DNA of 64,000 bases from Patescibacteria group bacterium (GCA_016861085.1 BOKR01000001.1:896153-960152), one strand, 5' to 3'; counted from the first letter of the stretch, positions 46,637 through 58,192 are shown. The notes: generated by a model from the sequence alone, not told the origin. A program made the numbers and translations.

Positions 46637-47009
46637 ATACAAATTTGATCGTATCACCTTTTTCTAATATTGTTTGACTTACGCCTTGTTCTGCATATTC
46701 ACCATTTAGGTAAAATGCCCAATAATTCTGACTATTCCCAGCTAATCCATTAATGCTTGTTACAAATTTTCCAGCATCACCAAAGTCTTGTGTTTCAATT
46801 GTTGCGTTTGCTTCAATCAACTCTAAGGCTATCTGCCCACTTTGGGTGGCACTAAACTCAAATTCAGTTTGTTGAGCAACTGCAGAATCAATGTCTTCAT
46901 TTACAGATATTCGCGTTTGTGCTGGTCTATTTGAAACTAAAATAAAAGCTGTAAATAACAGCAGAGCACTGATTGCTACCGTTGTTACCAGTAAAAATTT
47001 ACTTTTCAT
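46614..47009 (-). CDS. DUF4430 (transcobalamin C-terminal-like) membrane-anchored protein
   Basis: GKFVTSING, YWAFYLNG, GVSQ...GDTIKFVY. Confidence 0.85.
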   Translation of the reverse strand: MKSKFLLVTTVAISALLLFTAFILVSNRPAQTRISVNEDIDSAVAQQTEFEFSATQSGQIALELIEANATIETQDFGDAGKFVTSINGLAGNSQNYWAFYLNGEYAEQGVSQTILEKGDTIKFVYEAISAN

Positions 47010-47030
47010 ATTGTTCCCTACAACTTTTCT

Positions 47031-47903
47031 TTATAACCCGGCTTTTCTTAACTCTTCAACTGCTTTTTTTTGCTGGCGATTCAATTTTTCTGGCAACTCA
47101 ACAATAAATCGGACATACAGATCACCTTTACCATGACCTTGCACCTGTTGCACCCCTTCACCTCGCAATCGCACCATGGTGTGTGATTGTGTCCCTGCTC
47201 TCACTTTTAGTTTCAGTGTTTGATCAACAGTTTCAACTTCTGTTGTCCCACCTAAAAGCGCAAGTGAAATCGGTATTAGCTCATCAACAAATAAATCATA
47301 ACCTTCGCGTCTGAATCTTGGATGAGTCTTTACATTTATAGAAACATCAAACTCACTAAACCTAATCCTAGTGCCGTCATTTGCTCCTGCTGGAACTTTG
47401 ATTTTGTGTCTTTTACCTTCGATCTCGACTTCTTTTGTTACACCCTTAATTGCTTCTAAAAATTCAATTGTTAGAGAATATCGTGGACGCGCCTGAGCTG
47501 CTCTGCCAAATCCACCCATACCGCCACCAAAAAATTGTTCAAAAATATCAAATGGATCACCAAAATCCATGTTTTCAAATGGATTTGCGCCTCCTGAAGA
47601 ATACGTGTATGTAAATGGCCCACTCTGCCTTGCACCACCAGCAAATGGATTACCGCCCATTCCACCAGATGGATCAAAAGCCGCGTGGCCAAACTGATCA
47701 TACGTTTTACGTTTCTGATCATCGGACAATACTTGGTAAGCCTCGTTAATTTCTTTGAATTTAGTCTCAGCTTCAGCTTTATTGCTCTGATTTTTGTCTG
47801 GGTGCCATTTTAGTGCAGCTTTACGATATGCAGACTTAATATCGGCTTTTGTTGCACCTTTTTTTATCCCTAAAATCTCGTAGTAATCTCGTTTGGTTGC
47901 CAT
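47031..47903 (-). CDS. dnaJ: DnaJ-family co-chaperone without a zinc finger
   Basis: J domain with HPD, G/F-rich region, C-terminal domain; no CxxCxGxG repeats. Confidence 0.9.
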   Translation of the reverse strand: MATKRDYYEILGIKKGATKADIKSAYRKAALKWHPDKNQSNKAEAETKFKEINEAYQVLSDDQKRKTYDQFGHAAFDPSGGMGGNPFAGGARQSGPFTYTYSSGGANPFENMDFGDPFDIFEQFFGGGMGGFGRAAQARPRYSLTIEFLEAIKGVTKEVEIEGKRHKIKVPAGANDGTRIRFSEFDVSINVKTHPRFRREGYDLFVDELIPISLALLGGTTEVETVDQTLKLKVRAGTQSHTMVRLRGEGVQQVQGHGKGDLYVRFIVELPEKLNRQQKKAVEELRKAGL

Positions 47904-47940
47904 AACAGTACTTGATTTTACCAGTAACAATTGGAATTGT

Positions 47941-47967
47941 TAAGCAGACAATTAGTGAAACTGCTAA
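47941..47967 (-). promoter_or_regulatory. CIRCE-like HrcA operator upstream of dnaJ
   Basis: TTAGCAGTT-N9-GTCTGCTTA. Confidence 0.7.
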
Positions 47968-48752
47968 TAAATTTTGAGCACTTCAATAATGCCGTCATTT
48001 TCCTGATTTGCAACTACAAAATCAGCGATTTCTTTTAGTTCAGTTGGTGCATTAGCCATGGAAATTTTTAGTCCACATGCAGAAAGTAAAGGGTAATCAT
48101 TATAACTATCACCAACTCCAATAATTTCTTGAGGATCGAAGTCCATTATTTTTGCATATGCCAAAAGAGCCATGTGCTTACCGGCTCCCCCTTCATTGAT
48201 ATCAATTCCAACTCCCTTTTTGCTCGAAGTTTTAACAACATGTAAGTCAGGAAATAGATTGATGATTTTTTCAAGAACTGGCTCAACTAATTCCAAAGGA
48301 TACAGTGGCGGAATTACTGCTTTTGGAACGCCATCTAACGGCATATCCTTGATATCTAGAAAGTCTGCTCCTGCACCGAATTCTGCGTCCACTTTTCCGT
48401 CAATGGAATACACGTATTGGCCGCGTTCTGCAGCAAAGAAAAAATCTAGTTCACTAAGATGTTCGATAAGCCTTGCGAGTGTGTCAGGGTTGATATGTTT
48501 TGCCCACAATATTTCATCAGTCTCTGTTGAAATAATCTCAGAACCTCCTCTAACAATAACTGGATGTTTTAAACCTAATTCTTTACAAGTTTTTTCCAAG
48601 ATTCCAGGGTAACCTCTCCCTGTTGCTATAGAAAACACGCCGCCATTTTTTACAAATTCCCGTATCGCATCTTTGGCTGCTTGTGTCATTTGCTGACTGT
48701 GGTCAACCAGAGTCCCATCAAAATCGGAAACAATGGCTTTATATTTTTGCAT
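47964..48752 (-). CDS. Cof-type HAD-IIB hydrolase
   Basis: DFDGTL, ATGR, GK, GDSYND. Confidence 0.9.
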   Translation of the reverse strand: MQKYKAIVSDFDGTLVDHSQQMTQAAKDAIREFVKNGGVFSIATGRGYPGILEKTCKELGLKHPVIVRGGSEIISTETDEILWAKHINPDTLARLIEHLSELDFFFAAERGQYVYSIDGKVDAEFGAGADFLDIKDMPLDGVPKAVIPPLYPLELVEPVLEKIINLFPDLHVVKTSSKKGVGIDINEGGAGKHMALLAYAKIMDFDPQEIIGVGDSYNDYPLLSACGLKISMANAPTELKEIADFVVANQENDGIIEVLKIY

Positions 48753-48767
48753 ATGGTCCTTTATACC

Positions 48768-48803
48768 AAAAACTCGCAGTGTTTGAAACAACCGCGAGTT
48801 TTT
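48768..48803 (-). terminator. dnaK intrinsic terminator
   Basis: AAAAACTCGC/GCGAGTTTTT stem. Confidence 0.7.
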
Positions 48804-48820
48804 TCGAGTCTTAATAAAAT

Positions 48821-50749
48821 TTACTCGTTTACAACTTCACCTTCTTCAGCGCCTTCTGTTTTCTTTGCGTTTTCAGAGGATTCATCTTGTGAACCAGCTT
48901 GCGAGCCGGCTGCTCCACTTTGAGCTTGAGCTTTTTGCATAGCTTCACCGATTTTTTGAGCTGATTTGAACATCTCATCAGTTGCTTTGTCTAACTCTTC
49001 TTTGGTGACATCATCTTTGGCAGCCAACTCTTTGAGTTTCTTTGCGTTTTCAGCAATTTCTTCTTTGTCTTTGGCTTCAAGCTTATCACCATATTCTTCA
49101 AGTTGCTTCTCAATCTCAAAGGCAACAGAGTTGGCATGGTTTTTAGCTTCAATCAACTCTTTCTTCTTCTTATCTTCTTCAGCATGAGCTTCCGCATCTT
49201 GCTTCATTTTTTCAACTTCTTCGTCAGACAAGTTAGTTGAGTTTTGAATGCTAATTTTCTGCTCTTTGCCAGTGTTTTTCTCTTTTGCAGTTACATGCAA
49301 AATACCATTCGAGTCGATATCAAATGTCACTTCAATCTGTGGCATACCTCTTCGTGCTGGTGGGATTCCATCAAGAATGAATCTACCAAGAGACTTGTTA
49401 TCAGCAGCCATTTCGCGCTCACCTTGTAGCACATTGATTTCAACTTGAGTTTGGTTGTCTGCGGCAGTAGAAAATACCTGAGATTTACTGGTTGGAATTG
49501 TTGTGTTTCTCTCAATTAGCGGAGTTCTGATTCCACCTAAAGTTTCAAGTCCAAGAGTTAATGGAGTCACGTCTAACAAGACAACATCAGTCACATCTCC
49601 ACCAATCACACCTGCTTGGATTGCAGCACCAACAGCCACAACTTCGTCTGGATTCACACCTTGATGTGGTTTCTTGCCAAAGAATTTTTCAACTTCGCTG
49701 ACCACTTTTGGCATACGGGTTTGACCACCAACCAAAACGACTTCGTTAATATCTTTTGCAGAAATGCCAGCATCTTTGAGTGCTTTTTCGACTGGCTTGA
49801 AGGTTTTTTTGATTAAGTCATCAACAATTTCTTCAAGTTTTGCACGAGTCAAAGTCATAGTTAAGTGCAAAGGACCGTCTGACCCTTGAGTAATGAAAGG
49901 CTGATTGATTTCGGTAGATGCAGCACTTGAAAGCTCAATTTTAGCTTTTTCTGCACTGTCTTTTACCCGTTGCAAGGCCTGAGGATCTTTGGAAAGATCA
50001 ACGCCATTTTCTTTTTTGAACTCAGCAATAATCCATTCAATAATTTGACTGTCGAAGTCATCACCACCAAGGAATGTGTCTCCATTGGTTGATTTGACTT
50101 CAAAGACACCATCGCCAATTTCTAAGATAGAAATATCAAAAGTACCACCTCCAAGGTCATACACCGCGATAGTACTACTGCCTTTTTTATCAAGGCCGTA
50201 AGCAAGGGCTGCCGCAGTTGGCTCGTTGACAATTCGTTCAACTGTTAAACCAGCAATTTCACCTGCTTGCTTGGTTGCTTGTCGTTGGGCATCATCAAAA
50301 TATGCAGGAACAGTGATAACGGCTCTGGTTACTTTGCCACCCAAATAACTTTCAGCATCAGCTTTTGCCTTTGCTAGAATCTTGGCGGAAATTTCTTGTG
50401 GAGTGTATTGTTTGCCATCAATCTTAACAACAGCCATGCCGTCTTTGCCTTCTGCAACTTCGTAGGCAACATGTTTAATAGCATTTTGAACACCTGCTGC
50501 TCTGAGTTTACCACCCATAAAACGTTTCACAGAGTTGACAGTTTTCTTTGGATTTAAAACCATTTGGCGTTTGGCAACATCACCAACAGAAACATCACTA
50601 CCTTTGAATGAAACTATAGAAGGGAATGTATTTCTACCTTCTGCGGTAGGAATAACTTTGGCAGTACCACCTTCCATAACAGCAACTGCTGAGTTGGTGG
50701 TACCTAAGTCGATACCAATGATTTTACCTGTAGAATTTGAATTAGACAT
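48821..50749 (-). CDS. dnaK: Chaperone DnaK
   Basis: [33 protein letters not shown]. Confidence 0.98.
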   Translation of the reverse strand: MSNSNSTGKIIGIDLGTTNSAVAVMEGGTAKVIPTAEGRNTFPSIVSFKGSDVSVGDVAKRQMVLNPKKTVNSVKRFMGGKLRAAGVQNAIKHVAYEVAEGKDGMAVVKIDGKQYTPQEISAKILAKAKADAESYLGGKVTRAVITVPAYFDDAQRQATKQAGEIAGLTVERIVNEPTAAALAYGLDKKGSSTIAVYDLGGGTFDISILEIGDGVFEVKSTNGDTFLGGDDFDSQIIEWIIAEFKKENGVDLSKDPQALQRVKDSAEKAKIELSSAASTEINQPFITQGSDGPLHLTMTLTRAKLEEIVDDLIKKTFKPVEKALKDAGISAKDINEVVLVGGQTRMPKVVSEVEKFFGKKPHQGVNPDEVVAVGAAIQAGVIGGDVTDVVLLDVTPLTLGLETLGGIRTPLIERNTTIPTSKSQVFSTAADNQTQVEINVLQGEREMAADNKSLGRFILDGIPPARRGMPQIEVTFDIDSNGILHVTAKEKNTGKEQKISIQNSTNLSDEEVEKMKQDAEAHAEEDKKKKELIEAKNHANSVAFEIEKQLEEYGDKLEAKDKEEIAENAKKLKELAAKDDVTKEELDKATDEMFKSAQKIGEAMQKAQAQSGAAGSQAGSQDESSENAKKTEGAEEGEVVNE

Positions 50750-50854
50750 TGTCTGCTCCTTTTTCTAAATTTGATTTTGTACTTATTTTGGCCACATTGT
50801 TAGTGTTACACTGCGCTTGTGCAGACACTTGATGCACCGTTTCGACTTCCAATT

Positions 50855-50907
50855 TTAGCAAACAATTAATTAGACTGCTAGTAGCAATTTAACCTGGAGA
50901 CTGCTAA
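50855..50907 (-). promoter_or_regulatory. Two tandem CIRCE-like operators upstream of dnaK
   Basis: On the + strand: TTAGCAAAC-N9-GACTGCTAG (50855-50881) and GTAGCAATT-N9-GACTGCTAA (50881-50907). Confidence 0.75.
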
Positions 50908-50952
50908 TCGGTGAAAAATTATGAACTGACTAGCAACTCCTGAAGACAATAC

Positions 50953-51465
50953 CTAGTCCAAAATTACTTTTGCGTGTTGGATAACTTCGTCATTGAGGGT
51001 GTACCCATCCTTGACGATTTTGACAACCTTTTGACCCTGTTCCCCTTTGTCTGCGACTTCCATTGTGGTAACATCAAATTCTTTTCCAAGTGCTTCAATT
51101 TTTTTGAGTCCATTTTGTTCTAGCGCCTGCCAAAGTTGGGAGACAACCATTGATAAGCCAGCATCCTTGAGTTGTTCACTAGCCAAAGTTAAGTGGCCCA
51201 AAGGCTGTAGTAAATCTTCAACAAAATTGCGAGCCGCTAGGCGAGCAACTTTGCTTCGCTCTTCATTAGTACGACGTACTAAGTTTTGATAATCTGCCAA
51301 AGCCAATTGCTCTTTACGCTTCGCGTTAGCGAGCTGATTTGATAAATCTAAAACCTGTTCAGAGAGCTCACTAATCGTTTGCTCCATCTGTTCAAAATTG
51401 TGCTCAATTTTTTCGACTGGATCTTCATTCAAATATTGTGTTTGCTTTAGCTTTGAGTCTTTCAT
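50953..51465 (-). CDS. grpE: Nucleotide exchange factor GrpE
   Basis: LADYQNLVRR, GKEFD, GYTLND.VIQHAKV; synteny with hrcA and dnaK. Confidence 0.93.
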   Translation of the reverse strand: MKDSKLKQTQYLNEDPVEKIEHNFEQMEQTISELSEQVLDLSNQLANAKRKEQLALADYQNLVRRTNEERSKVARLAARNFVEDLLQPLGHLTLASEQLKDAGLSMVVSQLWQALEQNGLKKIEALGKEFDVTTMEVADKGEQGQKVVKIVKDGYTLNDEVIQHAKVILD

Positions 51466-51474
51466 ATGTAAATT

Positions 51475-52197
51475 TTATTCAACAATTTCTTTGATTAAAT
51501 TTCGCACATATTTCATCATTGGAATTATGTATGCATAGTCAAATCTACTTGAGCCAAGTAAGGCAATATGTACAGGCTGACCATCAACAGAAAAAGACAT
51601 ATAAATAATTCCAATTGGTAGTAAATCTCGGTTTCCAAGCTCTGGACCATACACAACTTGAACTAAGTTCTCATTTGTGCTTGAATCAAAAATCTCTTCA
51701 AGCATTTTCTCCTCTTCAATTAATCGTAGTACATTGCGCATTACCTTAATATCAAAAAATTCTGGCATTTGAAGCAAATTTGCATATCCAGAATGGTACA
51801 AATGGTATTCATCTGACAATGTAATTGCTAAAGCTTGGGATTTATCTGCTAAAACCTTGGTTATTTGAAACAGCATTTGATCTAACTTGTCTCTACTATT
51901 CCATATTTTTTCTTTTGCTGAAACTTCATCAGCTACGGAAAGGTCGCGCTCTTTCATGAGTTCATTAACATACAGCTTCATAGCTACCGAAGTTGGTACA
52001 CGACCAGCACTACTATGACTCTTGTTAAGATATCCCTGCTTGGTCAGCTGTGCCATCTCATTACGAATTGTTGCAGGAGAAACACCAATTGAGTACTTTT
52101 TGTCGACAGTTTCCGAACCAACTGGTTCGGCAGTTGAAATAAACTCTTCGATGACTGCACGTAAGATTTGTACTTGGCGGGCGGTTAAATCTATCAT
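51475..52197 (-). CDS. hrcA: Heat-inducible repressor HrcA (short form)
   Basis: LTARQ..IL, EPVGS, SPATIRNEM, HSSAGRVPT. Confidence 0.93.
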   Translation of the reverse strand: MIDLTARQVQILRAVIEEFISTAEPVGSETVDKKYSIGVSPATIRNEMAQLTKQGYLNKSHSSAGRVPTSVAMKLYVNELMKERDLSVADEVSAKEKIWNSRDKLDQMLFQITKVLADKSQALAITLSDEYHLYHSGYANLLQMPEFFDIKVMRNVLRLIEEEKMLEEIFDSSTNENLVQVVYGPELGNRDLLPIGIIYMSFSVDGQPVHIALLGSSRFDYAYIIPMMKYVRNLIKEIVE

Positions 52198-52201
52198 GGT
52201 A

Positions 52202-52236
52202 TTAGCAATCATATCTGTAGTGTGCTAAGTTGTCAA
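52202..52236 (-). promoter_or_regulatory. hrcA promoter overlapped by a CIRCE operator
   Basis: TTGACA-N17-TATGAT overlapping TTAGCACAC-N9-GATTGCTAA (52228-52202). Confidence 0.85.
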
Positions 52237-52265
52237 CTATATTCATAACTGCTACACTAAGAACT

Positions 52266-53672
52266 ATGCATCGACCGATTAAAAAAGCCAAACTCATCAC
52301 GCAATTTATTATTATTGTCAGCTTGCTTATCGTAGTCTTAATTGGAGCCAGTCAAATAGGAGTGTTACGAGAATTTTTTGGGAAAGCTGCTGGGGAAAAC
52401 GCGAACATTCATGTCTATACTTCAAAAGTTTTGGGCAATTATAAAAAACCGTGGAGAAATTTGGCTCAAGGTGGAGAAGACCACGAGTGGCGAATGGGTT
52501 CACTGGTTGGAGCTGTGAAAGCACTCAATCCTGAATATATCAGGATTGATCATATCTATGATTTTTATGACGTTGTGGGTGGTTCAGACGGAAGCTATAC
52601 CTATGATTTTTCTAAACTTGATTTAGTTCTGAACGATATAATAGCTACGGGAGCAAAACCATATATTGCTCTCTCCTACATGCCGACTCAATTTGGCAAT
52701 GGTGATTTGGTGGGTAAGCCAAATAATTATGGTGATTGGCAGGCTGTAGTACAGCGTACAATTCAACATGTAAGTGGTACTCGCGGAATTTCTGATGTGT
52801 ATTATGAAGTCTGGAATGAACCGGATCTTTTTGGAGGCTGGAAATATTATGGTGACAAAAATTATCTAGATTTATATAGGTATGCCTCAAACGCTGCCCG
52901 AAATGTCTCTGGAGTTCGGGCATTCAAGCTTGGTGGACCTGCAACTACAGGATTCTATAAAAATTGGGCAGAAGCGCTAATAAAGTTTGCAAGTACCAAC
53001 AACCTCAAACTTGATTTTATTTCTTGGCACCGATATTCAAACGATTTGGATGCTTACAAAGATGACATGCTGGCAATTAGAACTCTAGTTCAAAATTACC
53101 CTCAATATGAGGGGCAACTGGAGTTTCATATTACCGAATGGGGTCATGACAGTGATGTTAATGCTGGATATGACACTGCATATGGGGCCGCTCATACTGT
53201 TGCTGGAGCCATTGAAATGGTTGGTGTGGTTGAACGAGCGTTTGCCTTTGAAATTCAAGACGGTAAAGACCCAAATGGGCAAGAGTATTGGGGTCGCTGG
53301 GGACTATTCACACACAATGATTTCGGGGCAAAAGCCAAACCTAGATATTTTGCCTTAAAAATGCTGGATCGTATTTCTGACCAAAGAGTGCAATTACTTG
53401 GCAAAGGTAGTTGGGTAAAAGCCCTGGCAGCAAAAAATAGTACAAATGGAAATATTGAAGTCGTATTGTCTAATTTTGATGCTAGAGGACAACATGGTGA
53501 GAATGTTCCAATTACTTTTGAGGAAATTGAGCCAGGAAGTTACACAATCAAAAAAGAGTTAACAACTGGACAGGTGGTAACTGAAAATGCCGCAACTACA
53601 GAGGCACGATTAAAAACAAACCTTTATATGCCAACTAATACTGTAGGCTTCGTCACGTTACAAAAACAGTAA
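52266..53672 (+). CDS. Membrane-anchored glycoside hydrolase, GH39-like
   Basis: N-terminal TM, YEVWNEPD (acid/base), LGGPA, DFISWHRY, ITEWG (nucleophile). Confidence 0.85.
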   Translation: MHRPIKKAKLITQFIIIVSLLIVVLIGASQIGVLREFFGKAAGENANIHVYTSKVLGNYKKPWRNLAQGGEDHEWRMGSLVGAVKALNPEYIRIDHIYDFYDVVGGSDGSYTYDFSKLDLVLNDIIATGAKPYIALSYMPTQFGNGDLVGKPNNYGDWQAVVQRTIQHVSGTRGISDVYYEVWNEPDLFGGWKYYGDKNYLDLYRYASNAARNVSGVRAFKLGGPATTGFYKNWAEALIKFASTNNLKLDFISWHRYSNDLDAYKDDMLAIRTLVQNYPQYEGQLEFHITEWGHDSDVNAGYDTAYGAAHTVAGAIEMVGVVERAFAFEIQDGKDPNGQEYWGRWGLFTHNDFGAKAKPRYFALKMLDRISDQRVQLLGKGSWVKALAAKNSTNGNIEVVLSNFDARGQHGENVPITFEEIEPGSYTIKKELTTGQVVTENAATTEARLKTNLYMPTNTVGFVTLQKQ

Positions 53673-53673
53673 A

Positions 53674-54147
53674 CTATCTTTGTTTTGCCAACAAATAGCC
53701 TTGATATGAATAAGTATCCCAATTGTCAAAAATATAGTTGACCCAATCAAATTGGTCACTTGTTATTGCAAAAAATAAATCACTGGTTCGTTCCAAACCA
53801 GAACCTTTCTGGGATTCATTTCTGAGAGCGTCGCAAATTTGGGCTTTAATTTTGATGTCCTTTTCTTTGGCAAAGTATAGATCTGCAAGCATACCTACAC
53901 TTTTTCTCTTCCCCCAAACTCGAGCTAGTACTTCTAGTAAGTGAACAGCTCTTGGTCCATACATCCTTGCTGGTGCTTCTTGCATGTATACAATAAGAAT
54001 CTTCCACTCACGCACAGTAAGGTCATTCAAAACAATTAAAATTGCTTCTGCCTTTTGATCCGGAGTTTTCTCAATATTGGAAGTAGCATCCAACATAACT
54101 TGATTAGCTGTTAGACGACCTTCCCCCTCTAGTAGTTTTTTTTTCAT
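53674..54147 (-). CDS. Hypothetical protein
   Basis: SD GGAGGTG and an upstream TATAAT; no motif recognised. Confidence 0.55.
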   Translation of the reverse strand: MKKKLLEGEGRLTANQVMLDATSNIEKTPDQKAEAILIVLNDLTVREWKILIVYMQEAPARMYGPRAVHLLEVLARVWGKRKSVGMLADLYFAKEKDIKIKAQICDALRNESQKGSGLERTSDLFFAITSDQFDWVNYIFDNWDTYSYQGYLLAKQR

Positions 54148-55306
54148 ATCCACCTCCCATAGGTGGATTATAGCACTCAAGTATAAAAGCACTTATTTCT
54201 TTTTTAAACCGTCCTTTGCTAAATTGCAAAGCATAATCATATATTTTTTGTTTATTCCACTTGGTTTTCAATAATTTTTCTATAACTGATCCTAGACTTT
54301 CAATAGTAAATGCATCAAAAAAATATCCATTTTCACCTTCTCTAATAGTTTCAAGTGGACCTCCTGACCGGTGGGCAATCACCGGAACTCCATGACCCAT
54401 AGCTTCGATTGGAACCATACCAAAATCTTCATCTTCTGCAGGATATAAGAGTGCTGTAGCATTTTCGTACAGATCTGATAATGTCTTATCGTCAACTCCA
54501 CCCAAAAATTCAACTGTTTCCCCCGCAATTGACCTAAGATACTCTATTCCTTTTCCTGAACCAACTACTTTCAGAGAGAAACCTAGTTTAGTTGCTGTTT
54601 TAACTGCTAGATCTACGTGTTTACTCGCAGCAATTCTTCCTACTATCAAAAAATATCCATTTTTTTCTGGCAACTGCGCAGTATTTGAAAATTTTTTGTT
54701 TTCGTCAATCTCAATCGGTGGATATATCACTGTTGAATCTAATCGATAAAATTTTTCAATTCGGCGTTTTGTTTCTTGTGAGTTAGCGATAAAAAAATCA
54801 ACATTATTTCGAGCAATTTGTACATCTATAATTCGTAAATAGTAATTAATGAGCATTCCAGCAACTCTAGTAATTGGATTGCTTTTCCAGTCGGTCATGG
54901 TTGTGTAACCATACAGCGAACGGGCTGGAGTGTGACAATACGTTATGTGTAGGGCTTTTTTATTTCCTTTTTTGACTGTCACAGCCTTAGAAAAATATGC
55001 GTTAGTTGAAGAGATAACAACGTCATAGTCACTCAGATCAAAAGATGAAAAATAGTTTGGAGCAAAAATTCGCAGTGGCGAAAATAATTTTTTATACAAT
55101 GGAACTTTTGTAAGCCAGCTTTCGCGAATATCCCAGCCCAAAAATTTTTTTGCATGAATTCCTGTTACTGTAAAATCAGTGAAAGAAACAAATACTGGAG
55201 CATCAGAAAATAATTCGTGCAAAGCTTCAACAACTCGCTCAGCTCCTCCATACTCCCGTAAATAATCATGAACCAATGCTACTTTTAATTCTTTAATCTG
55301 TTTCAT
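54104..55306 (-). CDS. Glycosyltransferase family 4
   Basis: VHDYL..YGGAERV, YCHTP, IYPP, EDFGMVPIEAM. Confidence 0.92.
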   Translation of the reverse strand: MKQIKELKVALVHDYLREYGGAERVVEALHELFSDAPVFVSFTDFTVTGIHAKKFLGWDIRESWLTKVPLYKKLFSPLRIFAPNYFSSFDLSDYDVVISSTNAYFSKAVTVKKGNKKALHITYCHTPARSLYGYTTMTDWKSNPITRVAGMLINYYLRIIDVQIARNNVDFFIANSQETKRRIEKFYRLDSTVIYPPIEIDENKKFSNTAQLPEKNGYFLIVGRIAASKHVDLAVKTATKLGFSLKVVGSGKGIEYLRSIAGETVEFLGGVDDKTLSDLYENATALLYPAEDEDFGMVPIEAMGHGVPVIAHRSGGPLETIREGENGYFFDAFTIESLGSVIEKLLKTKWNKQKIYDYALQFSKGRFKKEISAFILECYNPPMGGGYEKKTTRGGRSSNS

Positions 55307-56274
55307 TAGAATAATGCTTCCTGCACAGCTTCTTCAAATTCGTCTTTTGGTAGTAAACCTTTGAGGGAATTAAATTTGTATTTTTCAAACAGTGCCGAAA
55401 CCATATCTTTATCATAATTTTTTGTAACACATTTTTCTAATTCAAAACTAACCGGAGCGTCATGCTGGATCGTTGCCAGTTTTTTACTTAAAAAAGCCAT
55501 ATCTTTATCAGCAATTAATTTTTTAAGCACAGCACCTTTGACGAGTGAGTTTGTCGACGATTGACCAGCTGTTTCTTGTTTCTCTAGTTCCTCAACCACC
55601 TCATACAAATGATCTAGAGTTTTAAATTCTTGGATTAGCTTTACTGCAGTCTTTTCGCCAATACCTTTTACTCCTGGAATGTTATCAGATGGATCTCCCA
55701 TTAAAGCTTTTAGGTCAGGGATCTGTTCTGGGGTTACTCCCATTCGTTGAGCTACTCCTGCCTCATCGTACTCTCTATCTTTGCTAAATTTCCCTCTTCC
55801 GGGTATAAATACATGAGTACTATCATCTTCAACCAGCTGCAAAATATCTTTATCACCGGTGACAATTATTGTTTGGACACTTCCTTGCTGTTTGACCTCA
55901 TCTGCAATAGTACCAAGTAAGTCATCGGCTTCAAATCCATCAATTTCAAATTGTGGAATATTAAATGCGGTAACCAAATCTTTGATAATACTTATCTGTG
56001 GAACAAGGTCATCAGGCATTGGTGGTCTCTGGGCCTTATACTTATCAAAGTCAGCCACGCGCTTAGATTTGCCATTTTTATGGTCAAAGGCCACGGCTAT
56101 ATATTTGGGGTCGTAATCGTTGATAACTTTAAGCAAGATTTTGGCAAAACCGTATACTGCGTTAATTGGCATCCCAGTTGGATCAGTCAATTCTTTTAAT
56201 GCATGGTACGCCCTATAAATAATGGCGTGACCGTCAAGGATAACAAACTTTTCTTTTGTCTTAAACTCTTCCAT
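55306..56274 (-). CDS. Stand-alone 5'-3' exonuclease (Pol I N-terminal/flap endonuclease domain)
   Basis: LDGHAIIYRAYHA, YKAQR, EADD, TGDKD, GDPSDNIPGVKGIGEKTA; no polymerase domain. Confidence 0.92.
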   Translation of the reverse strand: MEEFKTKEKFVILDGHAIIYRAYHALKELTDPTGMPINAVYGFAKILLKVINDYDPKYIAVAFDHKNGKSKRVADFDKYKAQRPPMPDDLVPQISIIKDLVTAFNIPQFEIDGFEADDLLGTIADEVKQQGSVQTIIVTGDKDILQLVEDDSTHVFIPGRGKFSKDREYDEAGVAQRMGVTPEQIPDLKALMGDPSDNIPGVKGIGEKTAVKLIQEFKTLDHLYEVVEELEKQETAGQSSTNSLVKGAVLKKLIADKDMAFLSKKLATIQHDAPVSFELEKCVTKNYDKDMVSALFEKYKFNSLKGLLPKDEFEEAVQEALF

Positions 56275-56278
56275 TGGT

Positions 56279-58192
56279 CTAGTGTTTTGCTTTTTTAACT
56301 CCCATTAATTTTTCGAACTCATCACCATCAAGTGATTCAACTTCAATGAGTTTTTCAGAAAGTGACTTGAGTTGTTTAGCATATTTTTTCAAAATTGCTT
56401 CAGCACGAGTTTGACCTTCTGTAATAAATTTTTGGATTTCACCGTCAACTTTTTCTTGCAATCTTTCCGAGAGTTTCGTGTAGTCGCCAAAGTATGAGTC
56501 ATACGATTGATCAATATCAGGGTGGAAATTCATTGGGCCCAACTCGCTCATACCATAATCCATTACCATAGCACGTGCAATTTGAGTTGCTTTTTGAATA
56601 TCGCTGCTTGCACCAGCAGTTAGTTCTGAGAAAACTTGCTTTTCGGCAGATCTACCACCAAGCAATACTGCGATATCATCAAGTAATTCTGATTTTGTTG
56701 TTTGAAGTTTATCTTTTTCAGGTGGAGTGAGAGTGAACCCAAGTGCACGACCTCGAGAAATAATAGAAACTCTATGCACTGGATCTGCATGTGGAGAAAC
56801 ATGAGCAACAATTGCATGACCAATTTCATGATAAGCGGTCATTTCTTTTTCTAACTCATCTTGTAGACGCTTTTTACTTGGCCCAAGTTTCACTTTAAGA
56901 GCTGCTTCTTCAATATCCTCAGAGGTAATCTCTTCTCGAGCTTCTCGGGCAATAGAAATTGCAGCTTCATTAAGCATATTTTCTATATCAGCACCCGAAA
57001 ACCCAACTGTTCTTTTGGCAACACGATCCCAATCTAAGCCCTTCACAAAAGGTTTTCCTTTTGCATGAATCTTTATGATAAATTTTCTCTCTTCTAAATC
57101 CGGTAAGTTAACCATTACACGTCTGTCAAACCTCCCTGGACGAATCAGTGCAGAATCTAACATGTCCCCGCGGTTGGTGGCGGCCATGACAATAACATTG
57201 TCGTTTTGTGAAAAGCCGTCCATCTCAACTAAAATCTGATTTAAAGTTTGCTCACGCTCATCATGGCCGCCACTCATACTACCTCGACCACGGGCGCGAC
57301 CAATCGCATCAATTTCATCAATAAAAATAATTGCTGGAGCAAGTTTTTTAGCTGTTGTAAATAAATCACGAACTCTGGAAGCACCAACACCAACTAACAT
57401 CTCCATAAATTCTGAACCAGCAATAGACAAAAATTGCACACTTGCTTCCCCGGCGACTGCACGTGCCAAAAGGGTCTTCCCTGTTCCCGCTGGACCAACC
57501 AACAACACACCTTTTGGAGTTCTAGCTCCAACTTTTTTATATTTTTTTGGATTTTTCAAAAAGTCCACAACTTCTTCAAGCTCTTTTTTTGCTTCATCCA
57601 TGCCACCAACATCTGCAAACTTAGTATTTTGCTTTCCTTTAACAAACAGTTTTGCCTTGCTCTTGCCAATTCCCATAATATCTGGGCCACCTTTAGCACC
57701 TCTAAATATAAACAGAAAAACACCAATCATTAAAATAACTGGTAAAAATGAAAGCAATAATTCCCACAGTAACTGTCCAAAAGAAACACTTTTAACCTCA
57801 AGGTCAGTTGCTGCCAAATCTATATCAGCAGCTTGCAAGATACTCACTAAGTCTTGACCTTCTTCCTTCAATGAAATTTTTTCAGCACCATCTTTATAGG
57901 TAACACGAAGTTCATCACCAGCAACTTTAACACTAGCAATTTTCTCATCTCTAATATCCTTAACCAAGGTCGTCATCGAAATTTCTTTATCTAAGTCTGT
58001 GGTAAACAATGAAACGATAAATGGCAAGAACAAAAGACCTAATAAAATATACAAAATAGCCTTATTCATCAAGTTTTTTGGTGACATATCTATAGTAAAA
58101 GATTTCACAACCACTTTTTTTGCTGGTTCTGCTTGCCCAGGCTTTGTTTGTTTTGGTTCTGGAGTTTGGTTTTCTGGTTTGTTTTCAGCCAT
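56279..58192 (-). CDS. ftsH: ATP-dependent zinc metalloprotease FtsH
   Basis: Two TMs, [26 protein letters not shown]. Confidence 0.97.
   Translation of the reverse strand: MAENKPENQTPEPKQTKPGQAEPAKKVVVKSFTIDMSPKNLMNKAILYILLGLLFLPFIVSLFTTDLDKEISMTTLVKDIRDEKIASVKVAGDELRVTYKDGAEKISLKEEGQDLVSILQAADIDLAATDLEVKSVSFGQLLWELLLSFLPVILMIGVFLFIFRGAKGGPDIMGIGKSKAKLFVKGKQNTKFADVGGMDEAKKELEEVVDFLKNPKKYKKVGARTPKGVLLVGPAGTGKTLLARAVAGEASVQFLSIAGSEFMEMLVGVGASRVRDLFTTAKKLAPAIIFIDEIDAIGRARGRGSMSGGHDEREQTLNQILVEMDGFSQNDNVIVMAATNRGDMLDSALIRPGRFDRRVMVNLPDLEERKFIIKIHAKGKPFVKGLDWDRVAKRTVGFSGADIENMLNEAAISIAREAREEITSEDIEEAALKVKLGPSKKRLQDELEKEMTAYHEIGHAIVAHVSPHADPVHRVSIISRGRALGFTLTPPEKDKLQTTKSELLDDIAVLLGGRSAEKQVFSELTAGASSDIQKATQIARAMVMDYGMSELGPMNFHPDIDQSYDSYFGDYTKLSERLQEKVDGEIQKFITEGQTRAEAILKKYAKQLKSLSEKLIEVESLDGDEFEKLMGVKKAKH

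Noticed and set aside
47010-47030. Cobalamin riboswitch upstream of the DUF4430 gene
   Set aside because: Only 21 nt separate it from dnaJ, leaving no room.
55306-56274. Truncated polA pseudogene
   Set aside because: The domain is complete with a clean end and is coupled to the next gene. Stand-alone 5'-3' exonucleases are well known.
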